From Marsupella aquatica (lineage: Eukaryota; Plantae; Marchantiophyta): DNA of 64,000 nucleotides. Positions 49,901 to 61,486 of the stretch are shown here, piece after piece. The translations under genes and the position numbers were made by a program. Numbering within the stretch: position 1 is the first letter of the stretch; the number at the start of each line of letters is the position of its first letter. The notes beneath the pieces are model-generated. The model searched no databases. It had not been told where the DNA came from and worked only from the letters and a program-made list of their open reading frames with translations. The stretch lies in contig OZ316893.1 of the NCBI GenBank assembly GCA_973895155.1, forward strand, positions 21,808,955-21,872,954, read 5' to 3'.

Positions 49901-51798
49901 CCTGACTGGTAGAGGCGTTCTCATGAACCACCTGAAATTTGAATGACAACGAGTATCAGCGACATTTTAAGTCCCAACACAGGCCCATACTTGAGCACAT
50001 AATACATGAATAAGCTATATTGACGATATTGGTAAGAATCAAGGCATTGCTTCAATATAAAGGGTCCAATCGCTCCACCTTCAAGCCATTGGCAATTGAG
50101 TCACGGATGAAGTCCCGAAGTGTGGAGAAGCTTCTTGAGATGTTGCTGCTTGGTCTACAGATGGAAAAGTGATCTGCTCCTTCCACAACATTGAAATTCG
50201 CACCAACCCTTGCAGACGCCTCTGGGACAACAACACCCACAAAAGATCCCTGCCCAACGCGGAGTGTGTACAGTCATTCAAATCATGAGGATGTATCAAT
50301 CTGGACCCTTTCAGGTAAAGTCTTTAGTAGAGTAAATCGACTTCTTAATACAGTTTGATACAAAATGTGTCAACAATGGAATCTACTATATCTAGAAACT
50401 AGACAGAACATCAATCAGAAATCCTGGTTTCTGAAACAGGATTCAGGAACAAGGAATAGGAAATCGCTTAAATTCATGAATTTTCCTGAACAGAAATTCA
50501 CAGAAATTCTGGATCATATAAATACAGCACCGAAACAAAGATATCATTGAATTCCCAACTCAAGAGCTGAAACCAACTAGATTGCAGAACAAACTTGAAT
50601 ACAATAGCATGGGTTTGTTTAATTGCCCTGTTGGAATCTAGTTGTTACAGTTCATATGTGAACTCTAACCAATGCGAAGTCAATGGACTCACAGCTCGAA
50701 TTTCTTCCAGATATCCAGATATGAGTTACAGCCCAGGCCTACAGAACATTACATGACATGTGCAACTTTGTAGCTTGATTCAAATGGCTTCATACCAAGT
50801 TAGTAGCGAGATTTTCACCAAGTCCCGCGAATAACCAGTTGCGATGTACTTTGGATACTTGGTCGAATCTAAAATTCAGCCTTTCTGTGTCCGTGCTGAG
50901 CATTTTGAAGTATGTCAAAAGAGAACTTCCAAAGTGATCTTTCAATATGTCTGCAATGGGGCATCCATGATGCGGCGTTGAATAATAAAATATCCCCTTG
51001 ATGCTGTTTAGCAATACCCGTAACTTGGCCGCCTTAGACTCTGAGCTCCTGTGGAGCAGATCATGTGCTTGGCTACACAACTCTTTGATAACCAATCCGC
51101 CAATCGAGTGACCAACCAGTACAACAGGACAAGAAGACCCAATATTCTCCTGCAAAAGATCAGAAAGCAGGTTTTCCCCGATGATATGCATGTCCACGCT
51201 TTCATTTGATCCCTTTGTCAAACCTTCAGTGTAACACACGGATAACACATGAGCCTGGGGAAACTCTTCAACCAACCACGTTTGTGGCCAATAAGAACCA
51301 TCACGGTTTTGCCAAGTGGAAACATGTGCGTTGGAATAATCTTGTCCAAATTGGAGGCCGTGAAAAAACAAGATCTGTACATCACGAGTGCCTCGAGGTT
51401 TGTGGAACAAGTACAATGAGTCGTTTACCTGACACAACCAAACACCAAGAAAAAGAGACACAGCCACCATTATAATTCCACTTTGTCATATGCTAGATGC
51501 GAGCAAGCCCGATAAAGTCTTGGCGTATGAGTCACCAACTATCAAAGGAATCACGAATTTTGTGATCAATCTACATCAGAATCTGTTCCAAATAGTTTGC
51601 CAGATCTGTGGTGCCAAATCCGCCTAAATGCCAATATAGAAGGGGTTGAGATTAGAATTACAGTACTCGAGGAAGATGTGTAAGGATTTCGGAAATTCCA
51701 GGAGCTCGGGGAGAGCTGGGAGAGGAGGCTCCACAACAGGCGAGGCAATCGACAACATTGTTCAAAACGTAACAAGTACGTGAGGCAATGGAAAACAT
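43987..51798 (-). CDS. NLR-like copy B: alpha/beta-hydrolase - NB-ARC - about 23 ARM repeats - TPR (two 1-nt frameshifts as assembled)
   Basis: Inferred exons 51798-51667, 51428-50796, 50249-50079, 49931-49204, 49034-48252, 48042-44645 and 44355-43987, all GT-AG. Hydrolase motifs FFHGL, GHSIGG, STPHHG, DHFSICRP; NB-ARC motifs GGPGQGKTS, ILIILDDV, HLPLVL; 43-aa ARM repeats; TPR-like GAIADINL..GVARRMQGDLIGALADLD..HRGLVRFFL..GARADAERAL. Frameshifts at about 49360 and 44350 relative to copy A. Confidence 0.85.
45430..47365 (-). repeat. Coding higher-order tandem repeat: 5 x 387 bp, each made of three 129-bp ARM units
   Basis: Marker aaagtctttaatgcaatag recurs at about 45515, 45902, 46289, 46676 and 47063 (387-bp spacing). 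The protein cycles QQWAAD / QKFA(T/I)I / QQCATI. Confidence 0.95.
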
Positions 51799-52308
51799 TT
51801 CTTTGTCCCAAGGTAGTCGAAAATCGTGGTTGGGGTCAATGACTGTCACTCTGCAAAAACAACGGAAGGAAACAGTTATGGAACCATGCAATATCGCAAC
51901 CACAGGGTTTCGATCAGTAAGCGCAACTGTTCAAAATTAGAATCCAAATCCTTGCTGCAAATTAACCAATATAATTAATCCATGCTCACTGAGAACAAGG
52001 CAAAGATCTAGTATGATATCTCTTAGACCAAAAGACAATCAAAGTTCTCACGAGAAAAGTCTTAACCTTTTCAATCTTAGAGAAGTTTTTGAACCAGAAT
52101 TTAAGATGACGAGCAGGCAAACAGCGAAGAGGACTCTAGGCACCCTGCGCAGCAGCATGGCAGCATGTAATAAGACTACGGAGGTGATGGGCAAGGGTGA
52201 TTGAAGGACCTCAGCTGCATCCGCTGAGGACATGGTCGACGTCAAGGAGACTACAGAGGTGATGGGCAAGGCGGGGGCAAGGGTGGAGGAAGTATCTCTG
52301 CTGAAGTC

Positions 52309-52850
52309 ATGGAGGTCAAGCTCCCAGGGATAGTTGAAGCTAGCAGTAGCAGCGGTGCTAAGCCAAGATCGCAACCGCGTGTCGTCGTGAAGAAGTGGAA
52401 TGCATAAGCCTTCTGGACTTGGGATGTCGGTACTAATGATGTCGGTCCCATATATGGAAACAATTTAATGGAACCCTGCACTGAAGTCTGCGAGGCTTCT
52501 CGAGTAGCCATGCCGCCAGGGAAACAACTGCTAGGATGTATCCCCAGAAAACTGCGCTGAAGGAAAGCTTCGAAGGTGAGGAGGTCGTAGACTCTTCTAA
52601 CACTATGATCATGCCCGCTGAGGCTCATAGCGACGTGGCCTTAGGTACTCACTTTGCCTTATCGACACAGTTGTTTGCTTGCAAGCGTTTTTTAGTTTAC
52701 TTGACTCACAGCCATCGACTGATGCAGTGGTGTTGCAAAGCATGTTTGCACTGGACCCGGACAACTGCGCACTCTCCATTGCAATTCCGTGGTGGTGATG
52801 GAAAGCATGTTTGCACTAACCCCGAACAACTGCGCACTCTCCATTGCTGT
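52309..52850 (+). pseudogene. RBX1-like relic, copy B (3' half inverted and locally duplicated)
   Basis: Plus strand reads RVVVKKWNA*AFWTWDV..MEPCTEVCEAS. Minus strand reads GECAVVRG*CKHAFHHH and GECAVVRVQCKHALQHHCISRWL. Both resemble RBX1 [34 protein letters not shown]. Confidence 0.8.
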
Positions 52851-54550
52851 TCCGAGGGGAGACCCACGGGGATGCCTTGGTCCCAGCTTGGATCGCGATT
52901 GTGCTTGGTTCTAACCCTCTCATAGCCAGCTGGAATGCTTGCAAAACAAGCGAGGACGTAACAGAACAGGAAAGTAACGCACCTGACGCTCTCTGGCGTT
53001 TGCTCCGTGGAGATCCAAGATTGGCAGGTCCGTGCCACAACTCTCCACACCAGTAGTGTCAGATCCGAAAGCCTCAAAGCGAACACGAAGTGCCAGCCAA
53101 GACAGTTACCTCATCTGGGCATAGGTCGTCTATTGTGAAGACACCACTACTGGACGCACCCCAAAAATGGGCTTCAGATCTGGACATTTATCAATTCCCC
53201 AGTTTTAAAGCACACTTCACATAACAGACGTTGGATTCAGAGAATACGGAGAAGATTTGAAGATACCGGGCTGGAAGGCGAGAATGTATGCAAAAGAAAA
53301 CGAGAAGTTAGGGTGGTGCATTTATTTTAAGGATGTTTCCGACTTAGTTGCAGAAACAAGTTTGCAATTATTTGACTGAAGTAGGGCCCCAAAACCGCTC
53401 TTGTGTTCGGCCAGCCGAGATTTGAGATTGGCACGTTCTATCTTAGATCATGGAGTAGCCTACCTGAAGTAGCTTGCAGACTAACAGCCGGCGAGGAAGA
53501 ACATGGAAAGAGTGATCGCGTACTTGAGGCTAAGCATTGGGCCTCGCGGCGATGATCACAGTTTGGCCGGAGTTGATTCGGGAGGACCTCGAAACCTGAA
53601 GGTGTTCAAATACTCCGTAGAATTGTTCTGGTCGAGAAGAAATAATAGTTGTAGGGCCACTGGCCCGGCGGTTTGAGAACAATTCCAGGTCCTACATTGC
53701 AAACACCGACAGCAGAGGCCGCCGAGGGACCGCGGTGACCATGTGCGAGCCTGGAAATGTGTCGAAGAGAAATTTAAATTAAATTGTTGTCGAACTATAC
53801 TAGGAGTAAGAGCAGAGCTCAAACTACCGCACCTGATACGTGCTTACGTCGGCCCGGTGCAGGTCAATTAATCTATTTCGAACTCTCCATATCAGCAACT
53901 CCGCTCGTAAACTTTCAGAGCTAAAAAGTAGTGGAGTCAGTGGCAAAGGCTTCAACTACATCAGTCACATGATCTGGAGATATCTCTAACGGAGGCAACC
54001 ATAACCGACGCACCGGAAAACTGGCGGCAATGTAGGAAACTTCCGGAGGCAGTGAAGCGTGAGAGTATACCCGAACCTCTGTGATCAACCAAGAGCCTGT
54101 TTTGCAAAAGGCGTTTCTCCGATGAGCCGTAGATACGTGGAAAGAGAACTTCTGCGTTGAATAGCTGAGAAGTCGTCGGCCACTCGTTGCTACAGGTTTT
54201 CCCGTGACAGATCCTTCTTAATAGTTATTGGATGATGGGACCCAGATCGCCAGCGGGTATAATTCTACTGTTTTTCCTTCAGAGATGTCTGACGTCTACC
54301 GTACGTCACATGCAAAACATGAATGAGTAGACATTACCCCCAAGAGCACAGTCATCGAGGATTGCAAAGACGCCCCTGCATGTGCTAGCTCAGCGGCGTT
54401 GAAGTGACTGCCCGGCCCGCAATGAAGGCCAGCAAGAGAGTATCACTCTGATCGCGCACAGCTTTTCTTTGGGCGACTTTGAATGGTGTCCAAGACTTCT
54501 CTGTTTCCGGATAGGGTATTTACACCTTGCACTGATAGTTCAACGGAGAC

Positions 54551-55580
54551 TGACTTGAAGCTTTTGATCTGGCGCAGATTTATTTCCACATCAGTGACCT
54601 CGGTCACCAGATGGAACCTCTGGTCCTTCAATGCGACGCTTCTGGGCTACCGAGGGAGCGCGTTTTCCAGGTGACACTCCGACCCTACATTATTGATCAT
54701 TAATTTTCGATTTGAAATACTGACATCGTAAACATTGTATACGATTTTCTGCTTTCACCTTTTGGTATGTGGATTGCCTGCAACACACGTACTGAGACCT
54801 TTTTTGGCATTTTTGTGGCGCTCGCAGCTGCGTTCACTTCTCAGCACTGAGGAGGAGGGTGAGATTGACAAGAACTGGAGGAAATGCTGCAGAAGCTGGA
54901 GGTCGAAGATCAGGAAATGTCCAACTACCAAGGGGTCAAAAGACTTGGTAAATAGGCGGAAGTTGGTGGATGAATGGAAAAGCTGGACGAACCAGTGGAA
55001 GGCCTGCACGAGGTGGACAAACCTTACCGCCAAGAGTTGAAGGACGTTGAGCCCAGCGACGAGGAGGAAGATTATAATACAGAAGAAGTAGAGGTAGAGG
55101 AGATCCTTAATATTGAGGAAGGTGATCTCCTATGGTTTTGAGCTGGTGGACCGAGGTTGAGTAGACAGTATGTGAATTGTCACTTCAGTTTTGTAATATC
55201 AAGAATGTTGTGATACCCATTACAATCAAACATCATACTGCGAGAGTAAGGCCTGATCCAGGCATATGCCAGGTTATGCTCACGGAATGTTCCAGGCAAG
55301 GTGTTGGTTGAAAAGAGGCAGAGATGAACTCCACGGAAGTTCTTTGAAAAAGATAGAGAGCTTACTACACAAAATCCTATCCCCAGCTGCCACCTCAAAG
55401 ATGCAAAAATGCTTGTAACCATTTGGCTAAAATTGGCAGAATTTCATGTGTCATAACGGAAAACACTGGATCTGGAATCCTTTCCTAGGGTTTTTATGTC
55501 TCCATGCGGGGTGAGAAGCGAGGTGACAAATACAATTTCTCACAGGCCATTTACAGTTTGCCAGCAGATACAATGAGGTA
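54551..55580 (+). pseudogene. eIF3b 3' fragment (exon 9, intron, exon 10 and 3' flank), unit C
   Basis: Colinear with about 19183-20270. Reads FISTSVTSVT and NRRKLVDEWKSWTNQWK, with indels. Confidence 0.92.
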
Positions 55581-57966
55581 TTAGCGCCTATCTATCCGCC
55601 AGTCCAGCACGCAGCCAAGCCCCAATCAAAAATTGAGAAATTACATCTTTAGCCATAGAAAAATGTCAGCTCTTCGCTTCGGTTTGAGTTGATCAAGTTG
55701 TCCACGTCCATTTGAATTGGGAGTAGAGCTCTAGGATTTTTCCTGCTCCTGAAGTCCATCATGACCGCCTGGCCTGGCCTCTCCCATTTTGTAGGTCCGA
55801 CTGTCTATCACTTCCAAAAAAATCCAAATTGGTAATTATCCCATCATCCTTCGAGACAATAGGATGTGTGCTTGTTTGGATTGTGTGTGCACGTTTATTC
55901 ACACTTTTGTTGTACACTCTTGCACTGCTGCTTGCACGTTTGCGCTCATATCAGTTTCACTCTATCTCCGGTGTTGGTGTATCTTCCTTGTTTTCGTTTT
56001 CCCAATCTTCAGTCTGACTCTATCGCCGTTACTGCTGTCGGCCTTGTTCTTGTTCTCCCAATCTGGCTGTCAATCTGTCCTCTTCCTTGCCCCCAAGTGG
56101 AGTTCCTTCCCTGGGGCTTGTTTACCAGCGCCGCATTACTTCATTCATAAGAATCGAAATTTTACTTGAAAGCTACACAATACTTTCCTTGCTTGGAACG
56201 AAGCGGACGTTAAAATTCATTTCTTCTCTGTCCTGGCGGCTTTTTGGCAATAGCACCTTGTCAATTTATGACCGCCCCCTCCAAGTAGACAGTCAAGCTC
56301 ATTTTTCTATGCAGTATCGTCATGGACTGTGCCCCCTAATCGAGATTGAGCAGACTGATGCGCATAGCGGGGTGGCAATGGCTACCGACGAGCTGCAGGC
56401 AATGCCAAATAGTAGATGAGATGCTGGGGACAATGCGATAAGGGTGGCCCTCAGGAAATGGCTTTCTACTCAAGCCTTTTGCAGTTGTCCTCCTGGAATG
56501 AGAATAAGAAGGGGCAAACCGATCCAGGCTCTCAGGGAAACCGATACCCAAGTTCATTGTGAAGAAGGAAACAGAGTCCGAAGAGAAACAGGCGATAATC
56601 TGAATCCCTCGTCTTTCATTGTGTCACGAAAATATCAGTTGCTTCACAACTAAGTCTTGCCACTAGCGAAAACTACCGTAGAGGGAGAGCTGATTTGCGA
56701 ATTCATCCGTTGATTTGTCGCATACGTTTCAAATTGACTGAACAGGGACGAGAACAAGGACCAGTGCGTTGTGACATATCGACAAAAAACCAAAAAGAAA
56801 ATTCTTTTATGGCATTTGTATACTGTGAAGCAATAAAATCAGCGATTTTTTGGAAACTCACCCGTACCATTTTTGCATTTAGCACTTGTAACATTTGGAA
56901 CTTCGGACATTGCAGTCATAAACAGCGTACACAACTTTCATAACGTTTCCTCAGCTCAATGATCTCTCCGAGTTTGTTCCAGACGGTAAGTCTTCAGTGA
57001 CGTCTTTTCTTGTGTCTCAGTAGACAGACGATAATTGCCACACGAGTCTTCAGTGACATCTATTCTTGTGTCTGAGTAGACGGACGATAATTGCCACAAG
57101 AGCCTTCAGTGACATCTATTCTTGTGTCTCAATAGACAGACGAGAATTGCCACAAGTTGTCCAAGTGTGCCTTAAAAAATAAAAATGAGTATACTACTCC
57201 ACAGAAGTTCACGAAGGATGTGCAACTGGTTTGGATTTGTGACCGAAAACTCTCTGTCAAAATTCAATCCGTTCATTTAGAGAGTGTGTCCCACGAGAAT
57301 TTGAACGCCACACTTAGCCATACCTCGAGAAGAACTCGACAATTTTCCCTCTCTAATGCAAGGATAATTTCAGTCTCCTGTTTGAATGCATGATCAACAG
57401 TCGAAGGTGTACATATAGCGGGTGGAGTAACATACAGATGACCCGCATGGATCGAGGAGAGTTAAAGAGAATTTCACTACTATGGTGATCATGACATCAT
57501 GAGGAACCGGCATGCTCCATATCTAGTATTCTGTATTACTCAAGGCTTTCTAGAAAAATTTAACACCAGTTCTCAGAATAATACCATGGAGGGATAGATG
57601 ATCGGAGGTGGCAAACAACAGAACACACACTTCATGGTGATGCTTGTCTTCCTCACTCCTACCTTGTCAGCAACCATGCTGGGAAGACCTATCCCGGTTA
57701 CAGGAATAGGTTGATTTCTAATGCAGAGATCAACACCGGCAGAGACTCCAATGAGCAAAATGAAGACTATGAGCTCTGTCTCAGCGCCCATCCTCAGTCA
57801 CGACAACTCCCAGGCACCCAGTCTAGCTCCATGAAAGCAACTTCTACAGACAAATATATTCAACAATCATTCATTTTGACAGCCGATATCTTGGCTTGGT
57901 ACAACGCAAGAAACCTCCAAGATCATGATAACTAACACGTATTGAGGTTGTGATGTACAATGTAAG

Positions 57967-58149
57967 CTATTTGAGGTTATAGCCCAGAAACTCTACCGAC
58001 TTTGTTCCAAGGACAAAATCATTTCCATACCCATTTTTGTCTACATATCCAGGTTTGACTCGGAGTGCGCACTCAGCATCTGCCCGGGCTCCATCCTCGT
58101 CCGACAACAAGAACCTGACAGGGCCACGGTGTTTAAGGCATTCATAGTC
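57967..58149 (-). pseudogene. NLR-like copy C: only the last TPR codons remain
   Basis: DYECLKHRGPVRFLLSDEDGARADAECALRV..FLGYNLK is joined at about 58149 directly to sequence that lies upstream of the RBX1 relic in unit B (tacggaggtgatgggcaagg, about 52177). Confidence 0.85.
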
Positions 58150-58281
58150 TACGGAGGTGATGGGCAAGGGTGATTGAAGCACCTCAGCTGCATCCGCTGA
58201 GGACATGGTCGACGTCAAGGAGATTACAGAGGTGATGGGCAAGGCGGGGGTAAGGGCGGAGGAAGCATCTCTGCTGAAGAC

Positions 58282-58762
58282 ATGGAGGTCAAGCCCCCAG
58301 GGATGGTTGAAGCTAGCAGTAGCACCGGTACTAACCCAAGATCACAACCGCGTATCGTCGTGAAGAGGTGGAATGCCTTAGCCTTCTGGACTTGGGATGT
58401 CGATACTAATGACGTCGGTCCCATGTGTAGAAACCAAGTAATGGAACCCTGCACTGAAGTCTGCGAGGCTTCTCAAGTAGTTGCAATGCCTCCAGGGCAA
58501 CAAACTGCTAGCATGTATACCCCAGAAAACTACGCTGAACGACAGCTTCGAAAGGTGAGGAGGTCATAGAATCTTCTAACACTATGATCATGCCCGCTGG
58601 CTTACACCGACGTCACCTTAGGTACTCACTTTGCCTTATTAGCACAGTTGTTTGCTTGCAAGCTTTTGTAAATTTTACTTGACTCACAGCCATCGACTGA
58701 TGCAGTGGTGATGGAAAGCATGTTTGCACTGACGCCGGACAACTGTGTACTCTCCATTGCAA
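58282..58762 (+). pseudogene. RBX1-like relic, copy C (3' half inverted)
   Basis: Plus strand reads RIVVKRWNALAFWTWDVDTNDVGPMCRNQVMEPCTEVCEASQ. Minus strand reads GEYTVVRRQCKHAFHHHCISRWL. The inverted block is bounded by TTGCAATG (58481-58488) and CATTGCAA (58755-58762). Confidence 0.85.
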
Positions 58763-60738
58763 TTCCGAGGGGAGACCCACGGGGATGCCTTGGTCCGAGC
58801 TTGGATCGCGATTTTAACCCTCTCATAGTCAGCTGGAATGCTTGCAAACAAAGCGAGGACGTCCAGATCAGGAAAGTAACGCACCTGATGCTCTCTGCTG
58901 TTGGCTCGGTGGAGATCTACGATTGGCAGGTCCGTTCCACAACTTTCAACACCAGTAGTGTCAGATCAATAAGTCTCAAAGTCTCAAAGCGAACACGAAG
59001 TGCCAGCCAAGTCAGTTACCTCATCTGTGCACAGGTCGTCTGGTGAGGACACCAGTCCTGCAGGCACCCCCAAAATGGGCTTCAGATCCGAACATGAAGC
59101 AATTCCCCAGTTTTGAAGCACGCTCCAGATAACAGACATTGCATTCATAGAATACGTAGAAAAACTGTAGATGCCGGACTGGAAAGGCCAAGAGCCGGGA
59201 AATCTCACCCACCCACAAAGTACCACCTTATAAAACACCGAAATGTGCACTTAGTATCCTAATCTGGTGATACGACGAGAATGTATGCAAAAGAAAACGA
59301 GAAGTTTAGACGAGTGAAGGCACCAAAACCGCTCTTGTGTTCGGCCAGCCGAGATTTCAGATCCGCAGGTTCTATCTTAGGTCGTGGAGTAGCCTAGCTG
59401 AAGTACCTTGCAGACTAGCAGCCGGCGAGGAAGAACCTGGAAGGAGTGATCGCGTAGTTGAGGCTAAGCATTGGGCCGAGCGGCCAGGATCACAGCTTGG
59501 CACGAGTTGATTCGGGAGGACCTCCAAACCTGACGGTCTTCCAATACTCCATAAAAGTTGTTCTGGTCGAGACGAAGTAATCGTTGTAGGGCTACTGGCC
59601 CCGCGGTTTGAGAACAATTCCAGGTCCTCCACTGCAAACACAGACAGCAGAGGCCGCTGATGGACCTCGGTGACCATGTGCGAGCCTGAACATGTCTCGA
59701 AGAGAAAATTAAATTGTATTCAAACAATACCAGGAGTAAGAGCAGAGCTGAAACTACCACACCTGATACGTGCTTATGTCAGCCCGGTGGAGATTGAAGA
59801 TTGGGAGGTCAATTAATCTGTTTCGAACTCTCCATATCAGCAACTCCGTTTCGTAAACTTTCCGAGCTAAAAAGTAGTGGTTGAGTCAGTGGCAAAGCCT
59901 CCAACTACATCAGTCACATGATCTGGAGGCAACCATACCCAAGGCAACCTGAAAACAGGCGGACATATAGGAAACTTCCGGATGCAATAGTCGAGCTTGA
60001 GACTACATCCGAACCTCTGGCGATCAACCAAGACCCTGCTTTACTAAAGACGTTTGTCTCCGATGTGCCTAGATACGTGGAAAGAGAACTTCCGTGTAGA
60101 ATAGCTTAGATGTCTCCCACTCGTTGCTAGAGGTTTTCACTTGACAGGTACTTCTCATGAATTATTCGATGATGGGAACCAGATAGCGTTCTGGCATAAT
60201 GATATTGATTTTCCTCGCCGGGAAAGAGTCATGACGACTACTGTGCGAAACCTGAGCGAATAGGCTGTGCCGTTGGACTAAGTCTCCAACACGTCACGAA
60301 AGTTGAATAGTTTTAGCGAATCAGACATTTAGGACTAGACATAAGTCTAATCAGTACCACAAGGTCCACCACTGGCACCGAATCGAATCCTGTAATATCG
60401 TGGCAATCTTCTGGTAAGCTCACTCTATCCCCAGAAGTCATAGGTCACCGGGAGTACAAGTAAGTCAAGATTGCGGCATTGTTCAACAAGGGTGATGAGC
60501 AATTTCTGAGAGAACAAAATGAGGATATGATCATGAATATCATTGGTCGTCCTTTCCAAATGCGTGAGCGCGGTAGTTCACAGATCATCGCATGACCGCA
60601 TGCCGATTCAGAGGATTGAACCTGATAACTTGTCCAACGTCTGAGTATGCTGGTTTGGCATGCAGGGCATCCTGAAGCTCAACAGCCCACAGCCGAGATC
60701 AGCGCACATGATTCGCTCCCTTCGCCCTTGCTTTGGAG

Positions 60739-60880
60739 TTAGTGCCAATTGATGACTTTGTTTAAGAGGTAATGTAAGCCATGGAGAATGAACGTGTGGT
60801 GAATGTTTGGAGAGCCTCGGGAATGGGGAAGAGAAGCCTAGACAAATAGGTAGCCCTGGTCTGCGAAAGCCAGAGGGAGC
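60739..60880 (+). pseudogene. Second copy of the plus-strand NB-ARC P-loop relic
   Basis: Reads LVPIDDFV*EVM*AMENERVVNVWRASGMGKRSLDK*VALVC; homologous to 41760-41912. Confidence 0.65.
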
Positions 60881-60939
60881 AAGCACTTCACGGATCAGTG
60901 CCTACATTGTTGATCGTTAACTTTTGATTTGAAAAACCA

Positions 60940-61120
60940 AGACTTTTGTTTGGCAATTTGTTTGGCGCTCGCTGCTGGCTTCGTGTCTCAGGACGAGAAG
61001 GCCGAGAAAGCCGAGACTGGAGGAATACAGCAGAAGTGCGAGGGCGAAGATCAGGAAATGTCCAACTACCAAACGGGTCACACGACTTGGAAAATAGGTG
61101 GAAGTTGATGGATGGAGTAC
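60940..61120 (+). pseudogene. Short, highly degraded eIF3b exon-10 fragment
   Basis: gaagatcaggaaatgtccaactaccaa...gacttggaaaataggtggaagttgatggatg matches about 19550-19615. Confidence 0.85.
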
Positions 61121-61486
61121 AGGCATTTTAGGACGGTCCATTCCATTTGGAGACTGTCTTGAGCCATTCTGCATGCTGGATGGCGTTAGCCCCAGACTAA
61201 CGTAACGTGAGGACACCAAGGAACACTTCCTAGTCTCAATTCAGAAGGAGATCAATCCTGCCCACTTGTGGCACTCACTTTAACTTCAAAAGAGCATGAC
61301 CACGGATAGTAGCAGTGCCTGAGAAAGACTGGCACATTCTTTACCTCGTGTATTTCCATTCTTCCAAGTTCACATTCAATTAGAATTAGCATTAAAGAGC
61401 TGCCGAATTACTGGGCTGTGGATAAAGAAGCTGTCACCAGCCCACAATTTGTACACTAGTAGATTACAGCGACAGTCAGTTGTAGC

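Larger units (their letters stand above)
30715..61130. repeat. Tandem segmental duplication array of about three units: A about 30.7-42.0 kb, B about 42.0-54.5 kb, C about 54.5-61.1 kb
   Basis: The same ordered blocks recur with different deletions in each unit: eIF3b 3' end or flank, TPR exon, NLR-like gene, RBX1-like relic, unknown exons and plus-strand NB-ARC relic. Confidence 0.9.

Noticed and set aside
57967-58242. 91-aa ORF as a genuine gene
   Set aside because: It is a chimera across a deletion junction: antisense of the RBX1 upstream region joined to the TPR tail.
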